A DNA stretch of 56,965 nt from Octopus bimaculoides (GCF_001194135.2 NC_068983.1:11859533-11916497); one strand, 5' to 3'; positions 12,470 to 24,636 are shown, counted from the first letter of the stretch. Numbers and translations: made by a program. The notes: generated by a model not told the origin, from the sequence alone.

Positions 12470-12865
12470 GCAGCTGTCTGGCTTCCGTGCTAGTGGCCCG
12501 TAAGTAGCACCATTAGAGCGTAATCGTTACCAGCATTGCCTTCTAGCACTTGTGCTGGTGACACGTTAGAAAATCATTCAAGCAAGGTTGTTGCCAGTGC
12601 TGCTGGACTGGCTCCTGTGCAGGTAGCATGTAAAAACACCTTTTTGAGCGTGGCCATTGCCAGTACCGTGTGACTGGCCTTCGTGTGGGTGACACGTAAA
12701 AGCACCCACTACACTCTTGGAGTGGTTGGCGTTAGGAAGGGCATCCAGCTGTAGAAACACTGCCAAATCAGATTGAAGCCTGGAGTAGCCTTCTGGCTTG
12801 CCAGTCCCCATTTAAATCGTCCAACCCATGCTAGCATGGAAAGCGGATGTTAAACGATGATGAAG
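12470..12865 (+). mobile_element. SINE family C
   Basis: Internal TGGCACGTAAAA-type sub-repeats plus tail. Confidence 0.85.
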
Positions 12866-13209
12866 TATAATTTGCCAGAAATCCAGTCCTCACATGCATG
12901 AAGTCAGGAATCCTTTAAGAATTTCATTGAAAATTTGGATGGTTGCCTGCTTTAACTGACCTGCAAATAAGCTGCTTTAACTGGCCAGTAAATACTGTTG
13001 TTCTGGAGGTATTGCATTGCTGCATCAAACAGTTTGCAGTGCCATAAGTGGAAGTTGTGTGCTAGGTTCAAACCAGCACTAGATACTGTCCTGAAAAATA
13101 ATTGGTAGGACCCTTACCAAATGCATTATCCTTTCTTGATGCTCGCTGGCTCTTATCTGCTTGGTCATTGGCTTGCACAAGTGATCAGATGACTGGAGAT
13201 CAAACTGAT

Positions 13210-13580
13210 CTTACTCTTTTACTTGTTTCAGTCATTTGACTGTGGCCATGCCGGAGCACCGCCTTTAGTCGAGCAAATCGACCCCAGGACTTATTCTTTG
13301 TAAGCCTAGTACTTATTTTTATTGGTCTATTTTGCTGAACCACTAAGTTACGGAGATGTAAACACACCAGCATCGGTTGTCAAGCGATGTTGGGGGGGGG
13401 GGGACAAACACATACACACACCCATACATACATACATACATACATANNNNNNNNNNNNNNNNNNNNNNNNNNNNNNNNNNNNNNNNNNNNNNNNNNNNNN
13501 NNNNNNNNNNNNNNNNNNNNNNNNNNNNNNNNNNNNNNNNNNNNNNNNNNNNNNNNNNNNNNNNNNNNNNNNNNNNNNNN

Positions 13581-13627
<47 letters not shown>

Positions 13628-13800
13628 CACATATATACGACGGGCTTCTTTCAGTTTCCGTCTACCAAATCCACTCACAAGGCTTTGGTCGGTCCGAGGC
13701 TATAGTAGAAGACACTTGCCCAAGGTGCCACACAGTGGGACTGAACCCAGAACCATGTGGTTGGTAAGCAAGCTACTTACCACACAGCCACTCCTACGCC
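13210..13800 (-). mobile_element. SINE family B, full length (gap in microsatellite)
   Basis: Head GGCGTAGGAGTGGCTGTGTGGTAAG.. through tail GACTGAAACAAGTAAAAGAG on the minus strand. Confidence 0.9.
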
Positions 13801-13915
13801 GTTCTAAATGTAACTATGAAAAATAATTTTCATGTTGTTGTGCTTTAAGAATTTATCAGCTCCTGTACATGCTATGATGTTGACTAAATTTCATTGTTAA
13901 TTTTTTTTTTTGCAG

Positions 13916-16900
13916 GTATTCAACGAGTAAATGTCAAGGTATTGAAGATTTGGATTCCCTGAATTATTTTGGATACCGAGGAGAAGCTTTGGCTAGTCTC
14001 TGTAACGTTTCTTCATTACTAGAGATTAACACTCGAACACAACTCTCAGCTCAAACCTATAGTAAGATTTTCCAACATGGGAAGCCTTTACCTACCATAG
14101 AATCAAAGAATCCTCGCCCTAGTCCAGGAACCACTGTTACACTGCATAATTTGTTCTACAACCTTCCTGTAAGGCAAAAGTCAATTAGGTTGAGTTTAGA
14201 GCTTGAAAATATTTGTCATCGTGTTGAAGCCTTGGCATTATTGCAGCCAAAATTATCAATAACTCTTCGTAATGATGTCACTGGTTCTGTTATGCTACAA
14301 ACACACAAAACTAGTAGCTTGTTAAATACATTCTCTTGCCTTTTTGGTCACACCAAATCAGAAAGTCTCTGTGAAGTTTCGCATAGTTCTGGCTATTTTT
14401 CACTTAGTGGCTATATAGGACGAGACAATCATTATAGGAAAGATATTCAGTTTATATACATCAATAACCGCCTTGTGCTAAACACAAAGATACATAAAGT
14501 AATAAATAATATTCTTAAAAAGTCTTTGATTGTTAAACAAAAGCTAACTTTAGAGAATAGTGAAAAGTTAAGCCCATTTAAACTCTCTAAAAAATATCCA
14601 ATTTTTTTGTTGAACATTAAGTGTCCGCTTAATGTGTATGATATAACTTTTGACCCACGCAAGACCATGGTAGAATTTATTGAAATGGAAAATCTGTTGC
14701 AAGCTGTGGAGGAAATGTGCTGGGATTTTTTAAGAAAAGAAAATCTTATGACTGTTGACTCTCTAGCTTTGGAATTAAAGAAAGAATCTAAGTTTCGGTC
14801 AAATGGTAGCCAATCTCCTTTAGACTCTACGATCAGAGATCCAGATAAAGAAATTGATGAAAATATTGAAGACCAACTGTATGATAATGTGAAATCTCGA
14901 GCCCTCAAGTCCTTACCAATTAAACGTAATCTCTTTAAAGCTAAATTGGATGAACAAGATAATGATGTTAATATTGATGATAGTGATATCCCTTCAAAGT
15001 TTTCTAAGAAGGACAAAGAAGATATTGATAATTGTCTGGATGTTTCAACTGAAAGCCAGGTACAGTATAATTCTGCAGATTCAAATGAGACTGTATCTTT
15101 AACAGAAGATACAGATGAGTCTTTAACAGAAAATATTGGTACACCTGTTGTTAAATCGTCTGTTAGTTCCAGCAAATCATTTGATTCTTGCACAAAATTA
15201 TTAACTGAATCTATGAGCATTTTCACTGAAACACCTAGCACTGTGGAAGAAGATTCAGTTTCATGTGAGAGATCCAAATGTGTTGAAGACACAAATAGAA
15301 ACATTTTGGCCCAGAGAAAAATGGCTGCTAATTCTATTGTAAATGATAGAATTCTTAAATGCGAAACAAGCAGGTCAAAGATGACTCTTCCATCTGCTTT
15401 CCGTATAAAAAAAAATTACCCATCTAGAGCTCCTTCTGAAATGAAACCTTCCACTCGATCTATCTTAGATCGGTTTAGGTCTTCCAGTTCAGCTCGACAA
15501 TTTTCTTTACCTGGAACAAAAAGATCTTCAGATCTAATTAGTGGAAGTCTGAATTCCTCAGATATTTCAAAAACCTTAAGTTTTGAGTCAAAAACTGGAC
15601 CCACTCATGAAAGCAGTAAAACCTTATCAAATAAGATGAATGAGAACGAAATATTTTGTCATGAACATTTTTCAGGTGATTCTACAGCAGCAAAACAGGA
15701 AGTGGTGGCTGACACTCATCAGTCAATATCATTGAAGCTTGCTAATTTATTGAAAAAGAAATCTGGAGATAAAATGCAGGTTAGTGGAAATATAAAGGAT
15801 AGAGTTTTAAATGAAGAAGCATTATCAGCCATAAAAGATAAGCAGTCTACAGACTTATCTGAGAAACCTAAAGAAATACCAGTATTGAATAACCATTTGA
15901 TTGTGCCAGAAAATTTCCCTTATGTGAAAGATGATGGTATTAGTTTACTGAAGGAGTCAGAGACAAAATATACATCACTTAAGAAAAATCATGATGTTAT
16001 TGTATTAGATGATAAAATATCTAGTGATGCTTTAAAAACTTTACCCAAAATTCAAAATGAATGTTGTCGTAAGTTTGGTGAGCATAGATTTCTTACTTCT
16101 TCATCTTTTCTTCAAACTTACAGAAAGAATGAAAAAAATGATGCAAAATCTAATCTGCAGATTTCAAAAGACTTTCACGGGTTACAATGTCAAAACTTTA
16201 ACCTAAATTCCTATTCTAAAGAAGAAATTCTCTCTGCAAATAAATCTCATATTTCATCTGATTGTTCTAGAAAGATTGGTGTTGATTTGCCTAGTTTCTC
16301 AAAGGTTCATAACACTCTTATTTCAACTATTACTGACAGCTTTCAAGAACATGATATTCCTTCAAATCACAACCGGTTTGAATGTAATAGATCTGATAGT
16401 AAATATGAAGATAGAACGGGAAATTCTTTTGTTTTTAATTTTGATGCTGAAAGTAAGTCTGATGATGCTAGTTTGTCAACAACACAAGATTTTGATAGTG
16501 TAGATATAACAAATTCTAGTTTATGTTTAAATTCTCACTTGCATTCTAAAGCATCAACTTGCACCGATTATTTCTTTGAAGAACAATATGAACAACCATT
16601 CAGTTTGAAGAATGCTGTTTCTAGTTATCATAGAAATAATTCTGAATCATCCCAAACTGTGCATAATCCCAGAAGTTTACATGTAATAAATTCAGAGAGT
16701 TTTTCACCATGCAAGCTGTTTCCTGAAGGACAGAGCAATATAAGCACTCAGAGATTTTCAATGTTCCAAGATGCATTAAAAAGTAAAGTTGGAGATAGAA
16801 TTCTGACTGAAAGTCTGTATGTTGATGGAACATCATCCTCCAAGATGGAAAATACAGATTCCTTTAATTTTGCACATTCATCTCATTCCTACACAAAACC

Positions 16901-18732
16901 ACATAAAACTCTGAAGTGCTTTGATATTTTGACAAGTAAAACTGAAAATTTTTCGCTATGTATTTCTTCTGAGGAAGTCGAAGAAGTGAGCCTTGAGAAT
17001 ACTTCTAAATGTTCACCTTTACATAAGAACTCATCAGAGTTATTATGTCAAAGCTATAATATTTTGCCTCAAAGGAGAACAAATGATATCAGAGAAGAGA
17101 AATTGGATGGATTCAGAGTTCCATGTAATCCACGCGAAAATAAGACTATGGAATATATTCCATTCAATGTATTATTATCAAATAATTATGGGAGTGATGA
17201 TGATGATGAAGAAGAGGAAGACGGGACCAAATCTACTGTGGTACATTGTGAAAGTTTATCAAAATGTGAGCTTTCTAATAATCAAGGAAAAGGCAATCCT
17301 AAAACAGAAGACTTAAACAAATATATTAAGCAAGTTGCTACTAATGAATCTGAGAAAAGTAGAAATATTACAGATAGTTTCAATTCTAATCATTTAGATT
17401 TAAATGAAAGAAATATGTCCAAACACCATCTGCTAGAGACTAATACAGAGTTTTCTGAATGTCCCAAACATCATAATGCACCTGAAGAATCAATTCCTTC
17501 ACCAAAACCAGAATCATCTACTTCTGATACTCCAAGGTATTTAGAACCATCTTATACAAACCTTAATTCTAAAGCACAAGTTCAGTCACACTTAAATTCT
17601 TTGACTGGTTCTATTTCATCAAAAAATTTAAACATTACTCATTGCGATGAAAGCAGTTTTGAAAGGCAAACTATTAAATATGGTGGCAATATTGATAAAA
17701 AGAAATTATTGATTAATGAAAGTGAATTGATTAAATCTTCTTCAGTGAATTGCGATGTTGCATTGCATTTGAATGAAAGGCAAATATTTAATGAACATCC
17801 AGTTATTAGAAGCTGTTCTTCTCTTTCACAGCATAGTCATGTTGCAGCTACTAGAAATAAGGGTCAAAAAGAAGGCTGTGATATTGTTGTTGATAATGGT
17901 CAGTCAAATGATAACACTTGCAATCGCAGAAGTCAACAACAGGCGGAGAAAAAGCAAAGTAGTTATCAGGAGAACCCATGTCAACAGAATGTTCACTATT
18001 TCAATGATGAAGATCAAACTGAAAATTATCCTGTACATGGTAGTTACATGACTGTAGACAATAGTCAAGTGGTAGGTAACCCTCACAATCATCCACTACA
18101 TGGCCACCGTATAAATACAGGCAGTAATCAAGCAGCAGATAGCTATGACACTTATCAACTGCATGACAACTGTATGAATGAAGGTTGTATGGAAGCAGAA
18201 GATAACTGCAACAGTTATGAACCACATGACCTCTGTATAAATGCAGGCAGTAGTGATGCAGTAGATAAATGTAGTGATGCTCATCCATTGCATGACTGCT
18301 GTATAAATACAGACAGCAGTGAAGCAGTAGATAAATGTAGTGATGCTGAAAGCCAAGATAAAAGAGACAGTCCCCAAGACAGAGCTACTTTGCTTGATAA
18401 AATCTCCATTTCCAACAATATAGAGAAATTAAATATTTCTGCTTCAAAGAATACAAATTCCCTAGAATTTCTCTCTGAGTGTGATTTAGCTACCAGATGT
18501 GATGATCTGCTGTCAGTGAGACAGACTGATGCATTAAATTCAGTAATGTCTCAGAATTTTGACTCTGATAGATCTGCATCTCCAGATCTGACAACAGATA
18601 ATATGCTGCTGTATGATAATTCTCCTGAAATACCTCGTACAACAATGGATATGGAACAAAATTCTGCTGTTAAAATCTGTGATAATCACAAAATGACTGA
18701 AGTGGATTATACAGATTCTACCAAAGAAACTG
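13916..18732 (+). CDS. MLH3: MLH3 coding exon 2, giant 4,817-nt exon (rest of ATPase/transducer domain plus long low-complexity linker)
   Basis: Acceptor (t)11gcag| completes R|YSTSK. Contains FGYRGEAL, PGTTVT, LFYNLPVRQK, YINNRLV and YDITFDPRKTMVEF. Donor ACTG|gtaaat at 18733 (phase 1). The end is inferred from the donor consensus and the abrupt switch to T-rich sequence. Confidence 0.9.
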
Positions 18733-18949
18733 GTAAATACTTTTTTAATTGTTTTTTAAAATTTATATTTATTGATTGCAAATTGATTAATTTCGAATCT
18801 CTTGTTCACAGGTTGTATTGTCATCTCTTCTGTCTAGCTTTTTATATTTCCAGTTTCATGTCTATCAATTTGTTGCTCTTTTTACTTTTCATTCATTTCT
18901 TTCACCATCTTGCCATGTTTCCATGTAGTCACCATTGTTTCTTTTTTAT

Positions 18950-19260
18950 TCTTTTACTTGTTTCAGTCATTTGACTGTGGCCATGCTGGAGCAGCACCTT
19001 TAGTCGAACAAATCAACCCCAGGACTTATTCTTTGGAAGCCTAGTACTTATTCTATCGGTCTCTTTTGCTGAACTACTAAGTTACGGGGACGTAAACACA
19101 CCACCATCAGTTGTCAAGCGATGCTGGGGGGGGGNNNNNNNNNNNNNNNNNNNNNNNNNNNNNNNNNNNNNNNNNNNNNNNNNNNNNNNNNNNNNNNNNN
19201 NNNNNNNNNNNNNNNNNNNNNNNNNNNNNNNNNNNNNNNNAAAGACAGACACACAAACAT

Positions 19261-19302
<42 letters not shown>

Positions 19303-19479
19303 ATACATATACATATATATGACGGGCTTCTTTCAGTTTCCGTCTGTCTACCAAATCCACTCACAAGGCTTTGGTCGGCCCGAGGCTATAATAGAAGACA
19401 CTTGCCCAAGGTGCCACGCAGTGGGAATGAACCCAGAACCATGTGGTTGGTAAGCAAGCTACTTACCACACAGCCACTC
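18950..19479 (-). mobile_element. SINE family B
   Basis: Same head and tail; (CA)n core with gap. Confidence 0.9.
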
Positions 19480-19858
19480 ACCTTTCCACACAAACTTCCA
19501 TCTGCCTCTCTGTATTGTACATTCAAACATTCAATCTTGAATTCTGTTAGCGATTTTTCCCTTTTAATCTTCACTATCTTATCTCAGATCAATATCCACC
19601 TGTTGAATTTATTCTGTTTAGGTAAGATAGCTAATAGGTCTGACTTCAATCCCTAAGTCATTCAAGCTCTATCTATCTGTCTGTCTGTCCATCTATCTGT
19701 TCAAAAGAATAAGTACTGGAATAGCAGGGTTAATCTACTTGACTAAACTCCTTCAAGGTGGCACCACAGAATGACTGCAGTCCAATGACTAAATCGAGTA
19801 AAAGAAAAGATAAATATATTTCCTGCAAATAAGCTCTCTTTTAAAACTTTAAATAAAT

Positions 19859-20049
19859 ATAGGCGCAGGAGTGGCTGTGTGGTAAGTAGCTTGCTTACCA
19901 ACCACATGGTTCCGGGTTCATTCCCACTGTGTGGCACCTTGGGCAAGTGTCTTCTACTATAGCCTCAGGTCGACCAAAGCCTTGTGAGAGGATTTGGTAG
20001 ACGGAAACTGAAAGAAGCCCGTCGTATATATGTATATATATATATATAT
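19859..20049 (+). mobile_element. SINE family B head
   Basis: ATAGGCGCAGGAGTGGCTGTGTGG..GAAAGAAGCCCGTCG(TA)n running into a gap. Confidence 0.9.
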
Positions 20050-20787
20050 NNNNNNNNNNNNNNNNNNNNNNNNNNNNNNNNNNNNNNNNNNNNNNNNNNN
20101 NNNNNNNNNNNNNNNNNNNNNNNNNNNNNNNNNNNNNNNNNNNNNNNNNNNNNNNNNNNNNNNNNNNNNNNNNNNNNNNNNNNNNNNNNNNNNNNNNNNN
20201 NNNNNNNNNNNNNNNNNNNNNNNNNNNNNNNNNNNNNNNNNNNNNNNNNNNNNNNNNNNNNNNNNNNNNNNNNNNNNNNNNNNNNNNNNNNNNNNNNNNN
20301 NNNNNNNNNNNNNNNNNNNNNNNNNNNNNNNNNNNNNNNNNNNNNNNNNNNNNNNNNNNNNNNNNNNNNNNNNNNNNNNNNNNNNNNNNNNNNNNNNNNN
20401 NNNNNNNNNNNNNNNNNNNNNNNNNNNNNNNNNNNNNNNNNNNNNNNNNNNNNNNNNNNNNNNNNNNNNNNNNNNNNNNNNNNNNNNNNNNNNNNNNNNN
20501 NNNNNNNNNNNNNNNNNNNNNNNNNNNNNNNNNNNNNNNNNNNNNNNNNNNNNNNNNNNNNNNNNNNNNNNNNNNNNNNNNNNNNNNNNNNNNNNNNNNN
20601 NNNNNNNNNNNNNNNNNNNNNNNNNNNNNNNNNNNNNNNNNNNNNNNNNNNNNNNNNNNNNNNNNNNNNNNNNNNNNNNNNNNNNNNNNNNNNNNNNNNN
20701 NNNNNNNNNNNNNNNNNNNNNNNNNNNNNNNNNNNNNNNNNNNNNNNNNNNNNNNNNNNNNNNNNNNNNNNNNNNNNNNNNNNNNNN

Positions 20788-21068
20788 CATGGGTTGGACG
20801 ATTTGACTGAGGACTGGTGAACCAGATGGCTGCACCAGGCTCCAATCTGATTTGGCAGAGTTTCTAAAGCTGGATGCCCTTCCCAACGCCAACCACTCCG
20901 AGAGTGTAGTGGGTGCTTTTACGTGCCACCGGCACGAAGGCCAGTCAGGCGGTACTGGCAACGGCCACGCTCAAAATGGTGTATTTTACGTGCCACCTGC
21001 ACAGGAGCCAGTCCAGCAGCACTGGCAACGATCTCGCTTGAATGTCTTTACACGTGCCACCGGCACAG
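20788..21068 (-). mobile_element. SINE family C
   Basis: Same consensus. Confidence 0.85.
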
Positions 21069-21759
21069 GATAGTTAACTCACCATCTCATTTCCCCTTTT
21101 ATCTAAGTCTGGTCTTGGACCTGTACACATTTCAAAATAGGATATCCAAAGGAATATTTGAAAATGGAGTGCTGAGTAATAGCAGTACTTGGTGGAATAG
21201 AGCTTGTTATATTTAATCCTATCTGGGAAGGATAAAAAGCAAGATAGCTCAATTGCAATTTTAAATCAGAAAGATGCTCGCATAGCTGTGTAGTGAGGAA
21301 GTTTACTTTGCAGTTGCATGGTTTCAGGTTCAGTTTTATTGTGTGGCACCTTGGGCAAGTGTTTTCTGTTATAATCTCCGGCTGATCAAAGCCTTGTGAG
21401 TGGATTTAATAGATAAAAACTGAAAGAAGCTTCTTGTGTGTGTGTGTACAATGAAAAATAAAAAAGGGTCAACACTAGAGGAACAAAGTTTCACAAACAA
21501 GGTAAGAGAATTCTTAACATTTTGGACTTTAGTCCTTCATCAAAAAAAAAGAGAAGCATAAAAGGAGTGAGAAAGAGAAATAGTCTGTATATGAAAAAAG
21601 AGTGAAGGGTTAAAAATCAGGTGAAGATGCTGTTCTATGGGAAAGAGATAAAGGTTGGCAAACAAGAAGGGCATCCAACCATAGAAAATCTGCCTCACTA
21701 AACTCCATCTGGTCCATGCAAACAACGATGATGATATGAAGTGCTTCTTTACAGTTTCT

Positions 21760-21995
21760 TATTTCTTTACTACCCACTAGGGGCTACACACAGAGGGGAC
21801 AAACAAGGGCAGACAAACGGATTAAGTCGATTATATCGACCCCAGTGCGTAACTGGTACTTATTTAATCGACCCCAAAAGGATGAAAGGCAAAGTTGACC
21901 TCGGCGGAATTTGAACTCACAATGTAGAGGCAGATGAAATACTGCTAAGCATTTCGTCTGGTGTGCTAACGTTTCTGCCAGCTCACCGCCTTAAC
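21760..21995 (-). mobile_element. SINE family A (tRNA-derived, TTTGCCTTTCATCCTTT-GGGGTCGATAAA central domain) with 20-bp TSD
   Basis: GGCGGTGAGCTGGCAGAAACGTTAGC head; TSD AGTGCTTCTTTACAGTTTCT at 21740-59 and 21996-22015. Confidence 0.92.
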
Positions 21996-22474
21996 AGTGC
22001 TTCTTTACAGTTTCTGTTCACCACATTCCATCTTACAAAGTATTGGTCAACCTGAAGCTAGAAATCATCCTCATCATCATTTAATGTCCTCCTTCCATGC
22101 TGGCATGGGTTGGACGGTTTGACAGGAGCTGGCCAGGCAGGAGCCTGCACCAGGCTTTGGTGTCTGTTTTAGCAGGGTTTTTACAGCTGGACACCCTTCC
22201 TAACACTGACCACCCAGCAGAGTGGATTAGAGATAAAGATATTTATTCAAGATACAGTGTGGTGAGATTGTTCCTGGATTGTACCATATGTTTGTGAAAC
22301 AAACCTTTTGACCACTCATCCATACCTGTTCCTTCACCCACTAATTATTTCTCTCAATTTGCTAATTAGTCTCTTTATATAGGTATTTATTATGTCTATT
22401 GTAAATACACTGAAAAATCCTACGATTGGATTTGAACAGTCCTTTATTGTCAAAAATTGATTGAATCAATCATT

Positions 22475-22870
22475 ACTCTTTACTCTTTTACTTGTTTCAG
22501 TCATTTGACTGTGGTCATGCTGGAGCACTGCCTTTAGTTGAGCACATCGACCCTAGGACTTATTCTTTGTAAGCCTAGTACTTATTCTGTCAGTCTCTTT
22601 TGCTGAGCTGCTAAGTTACGGGGACGTAAACACACCAGCATCGGTTGTCAAGCAATGTTGGGGAGACAAACACAGACACACAAACATATACACACACACA
22701 CACATATATATGACGGGCTTCTTTCAGTTTCTGTCTACCAAATCTACTCACAAGGCTTTGGTTGGCCCGAGGCTATAGTAGAAGACACTTGCCCAAGGTG
22801 CCACACAGTGGGACTGAACCTGGAACCATGTGGTTCGTAAGCAAGCTACTTACCGCACAGCCACTCCTAT
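22475..22870 (-). mobile_element. SINE family B, full length
   Basis: Complete head, microsatellite and tail; ends about 35 nt upstream of the exon acceptor at 22905. Confidence 0.9.
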
Positions 22871-22905
22871 GCTAATTTGCTAATTTCTTTGTTTATTTTT
22901 TTCAG

Positions 22906-23004
22906 GAAGTTCTTAAAACATGGAGTAACAATTTCAAGGGTGCTAAACATCACCGTGTAACCCACCAGTGCCAGTTTACCAAAACTATGCTGTCTCAACT
23001 TGAG
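22906..23004 (+). CDS. MLH3: MLH3 coding exon (EVLKTW...CQFTKTMLSQLE)
   Basis: Strong acceptor tttattttttttcag|, 99 nt, phase 0-0. FTKxML resembles the MLH3 'RFTKxM' segment that precedes the C-terminal domain. Donor gttcag is weak. Confidence 0.8.
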
Positions 23005-23080
23005 GTTCAGTACACACTTCCCATTTATATAAATTTACTGTTGCATAGCAGCCATTGGAGTGGGGTGGAGAGTTGGTAGT

Positions 23081-23209
23081 CAAGAGTGCAGATAGATGAG
23101 AGAGTGAAACAAATGGTAGCTTGGATGAGAAGATGGGAAGTGCAAAAGAGTGCAGATACATGAGAGAGTGAAACAAATGGTAGCTTGGATGAGAATATGG
23201 AAAGTGCAA
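23081..23209. repeat. 64-bp tandem duplication (purine-rich, intronic)
   Basis: gagtgcagata.atgagagagtgaaacaaatggtagcttggatgagaa starts at 23084 and 23148. Confidence 0.9.
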
Positions 23210-23356
23210 GTGATGATAGGTTCAATGATAGTACAGATTGGTGTAGTATTTTAGACAGAAGCCATGAGGGATGATATGGCAGTGGAGATAGCAGCTAAGA
23301 AAAGAAATGTGACTGGAATAATGATTTTATTGTTAATTCTGTTTTCTAATTTACAG

Positions 23357-23423
23357 GCTGTCGGTCAAGTGGATAAAAAATTCATTGCCTGCGTTGTTCG
23401 TTCTGGGACCTGTCCAACAACAA
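23357..23423 (+). CDS. MLH3: MLH3 coding exon (AVGQVDKKFIACVVRSGTCPTT)
   Basis: QVDxKFI motif of the MutL C-terminal domain; ttacag| acceptor, |gtgagt donor; phase 0-1. Confidence 0.93.
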
Positions 23424-23957
23424 GTGAGTTGTTAATTGACCTACCTATCTGTAAACTGATGTATGTATGTGCATGCATGTGTTTGTAATCACGCCTGATA
23501 AAATGCATAGATGCAATTTTTTTCTGGTATTTTACATTCTGAATTCAAAAGTTGTCTTGGTCAACTTTACCTTTCATCCTTTTGTGGTTCGTGAGTGGGT
23601 GGGGTGAGGGGTGGGGTCAGTAAAATAGTACCAGTCAAGTGCTAGGAGGTGGGGGATGATGTAATCAGCTTACTTCCTTTGCGCAAAATTGCTGGCCTTG
23701 TGTCAAAATTGCAAAGAATCATTCAAAGAAAAGCATCATTGCTAATAATATTTATAGGCATTTGTAGACTGGAAATAAACAAGGAAAACAGAAAGTGTGA
23801 GAGGTTGTTATGATTTCAAAATGTCTAGAATAACTCTGATTTATTCATCTTCAGCACCTGACNNNNNNNNNNNNNNNNNNNNNNNNNNNNNNNNNNNNNN
23901 NNNNNNNNNNNNNNNNNNNNNNNNNNNNNNNNNNNNNNNNNNNNNNNNNNNNNNNNN

Positions 23958-24270
23958 GCTTTTAGTCGTGTAAATCGACCCCAGGACTTATTCTTTGTAA
24001 GCCTAGTACTTATTCTATTGCACTCTTTTGTCGAACCACTGAGTTACGGGGACGTAAACACACAAACACATATACATATATACACACATATATATACATA
24101 CATATATATGACGGGTTTCTTTCAGTTTCCGACTTCCAAATCCACTCACAAGGCTTTGGTCGGCCCGAGGCTATGGTAGAAGACACTTGCCCAAGGTGCC
24201 ACGCAGTGGGAATGAACCCGGAACCATGTGGTTGGTAAGCAAGCTATTTACCACACAGCCACTCCTGCAC
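23958..24270 (-). mobile_element. SINE family B
   Basis: Same consensus. Confidence 0.9.
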
Positions 24271-24636
24271 CTGTTTAATATGTTTAATTTCTTTACCTGT
24301 TTCTTTCCAGTATAAATTGGGTTGGATGATGTTACAAATTCAGAAATTTTTGTAGGTGATGTAAATATTTTCTTCTTGTATGCTCTTTGTACTTCGAAAC
24401 CTTTATTTGTCCTCAGTCAAATCGTCCAACCCATGCTAGCATGGAAAGCGGACGTTAAACGATGATGATGATGATGATGATGATATATATATATATTTAT
24501 TTATTTATTTATATATGAAGTTCTTCTTTCAGTTGTCATCTACAAAATCTACTCATAAGGCTTTGGTCAGCCCAACAATATAGTTGAAGTCTATATGAGA
24601 CAAGGGTACACACGTGCACACACACCCTCTCTCTTT

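Noticed and set aside
12470-12720. Regularly spaced TGGCACGTAAAA-like repeats resembling a CRISPR array
   Set aside because: Degenerate internal sub-repeats of SINE family C, present in every copy; eukaryotic context with no cas genes.
13950-13952. ORF-track start (TTG) as the protein start
   Set aside because: The exon begins at the acceptor at 13916 and continues in frame from exon 1.
14447-15304. 285-aa antisense ORF and other short ORFs overlapping the giant exon
   Set aside because: Shadow frames of a codon-biased CDS with no recognisable motifs.
18733-18974. Hydrophobic C-terminal tail of the 1,674-aa ORF (apparent membrane anchor)
   Set aside because: Read-through into a T-rich intron and SINE after the GTAAAT donor; downstream exons carry the true MutL C-terminus.
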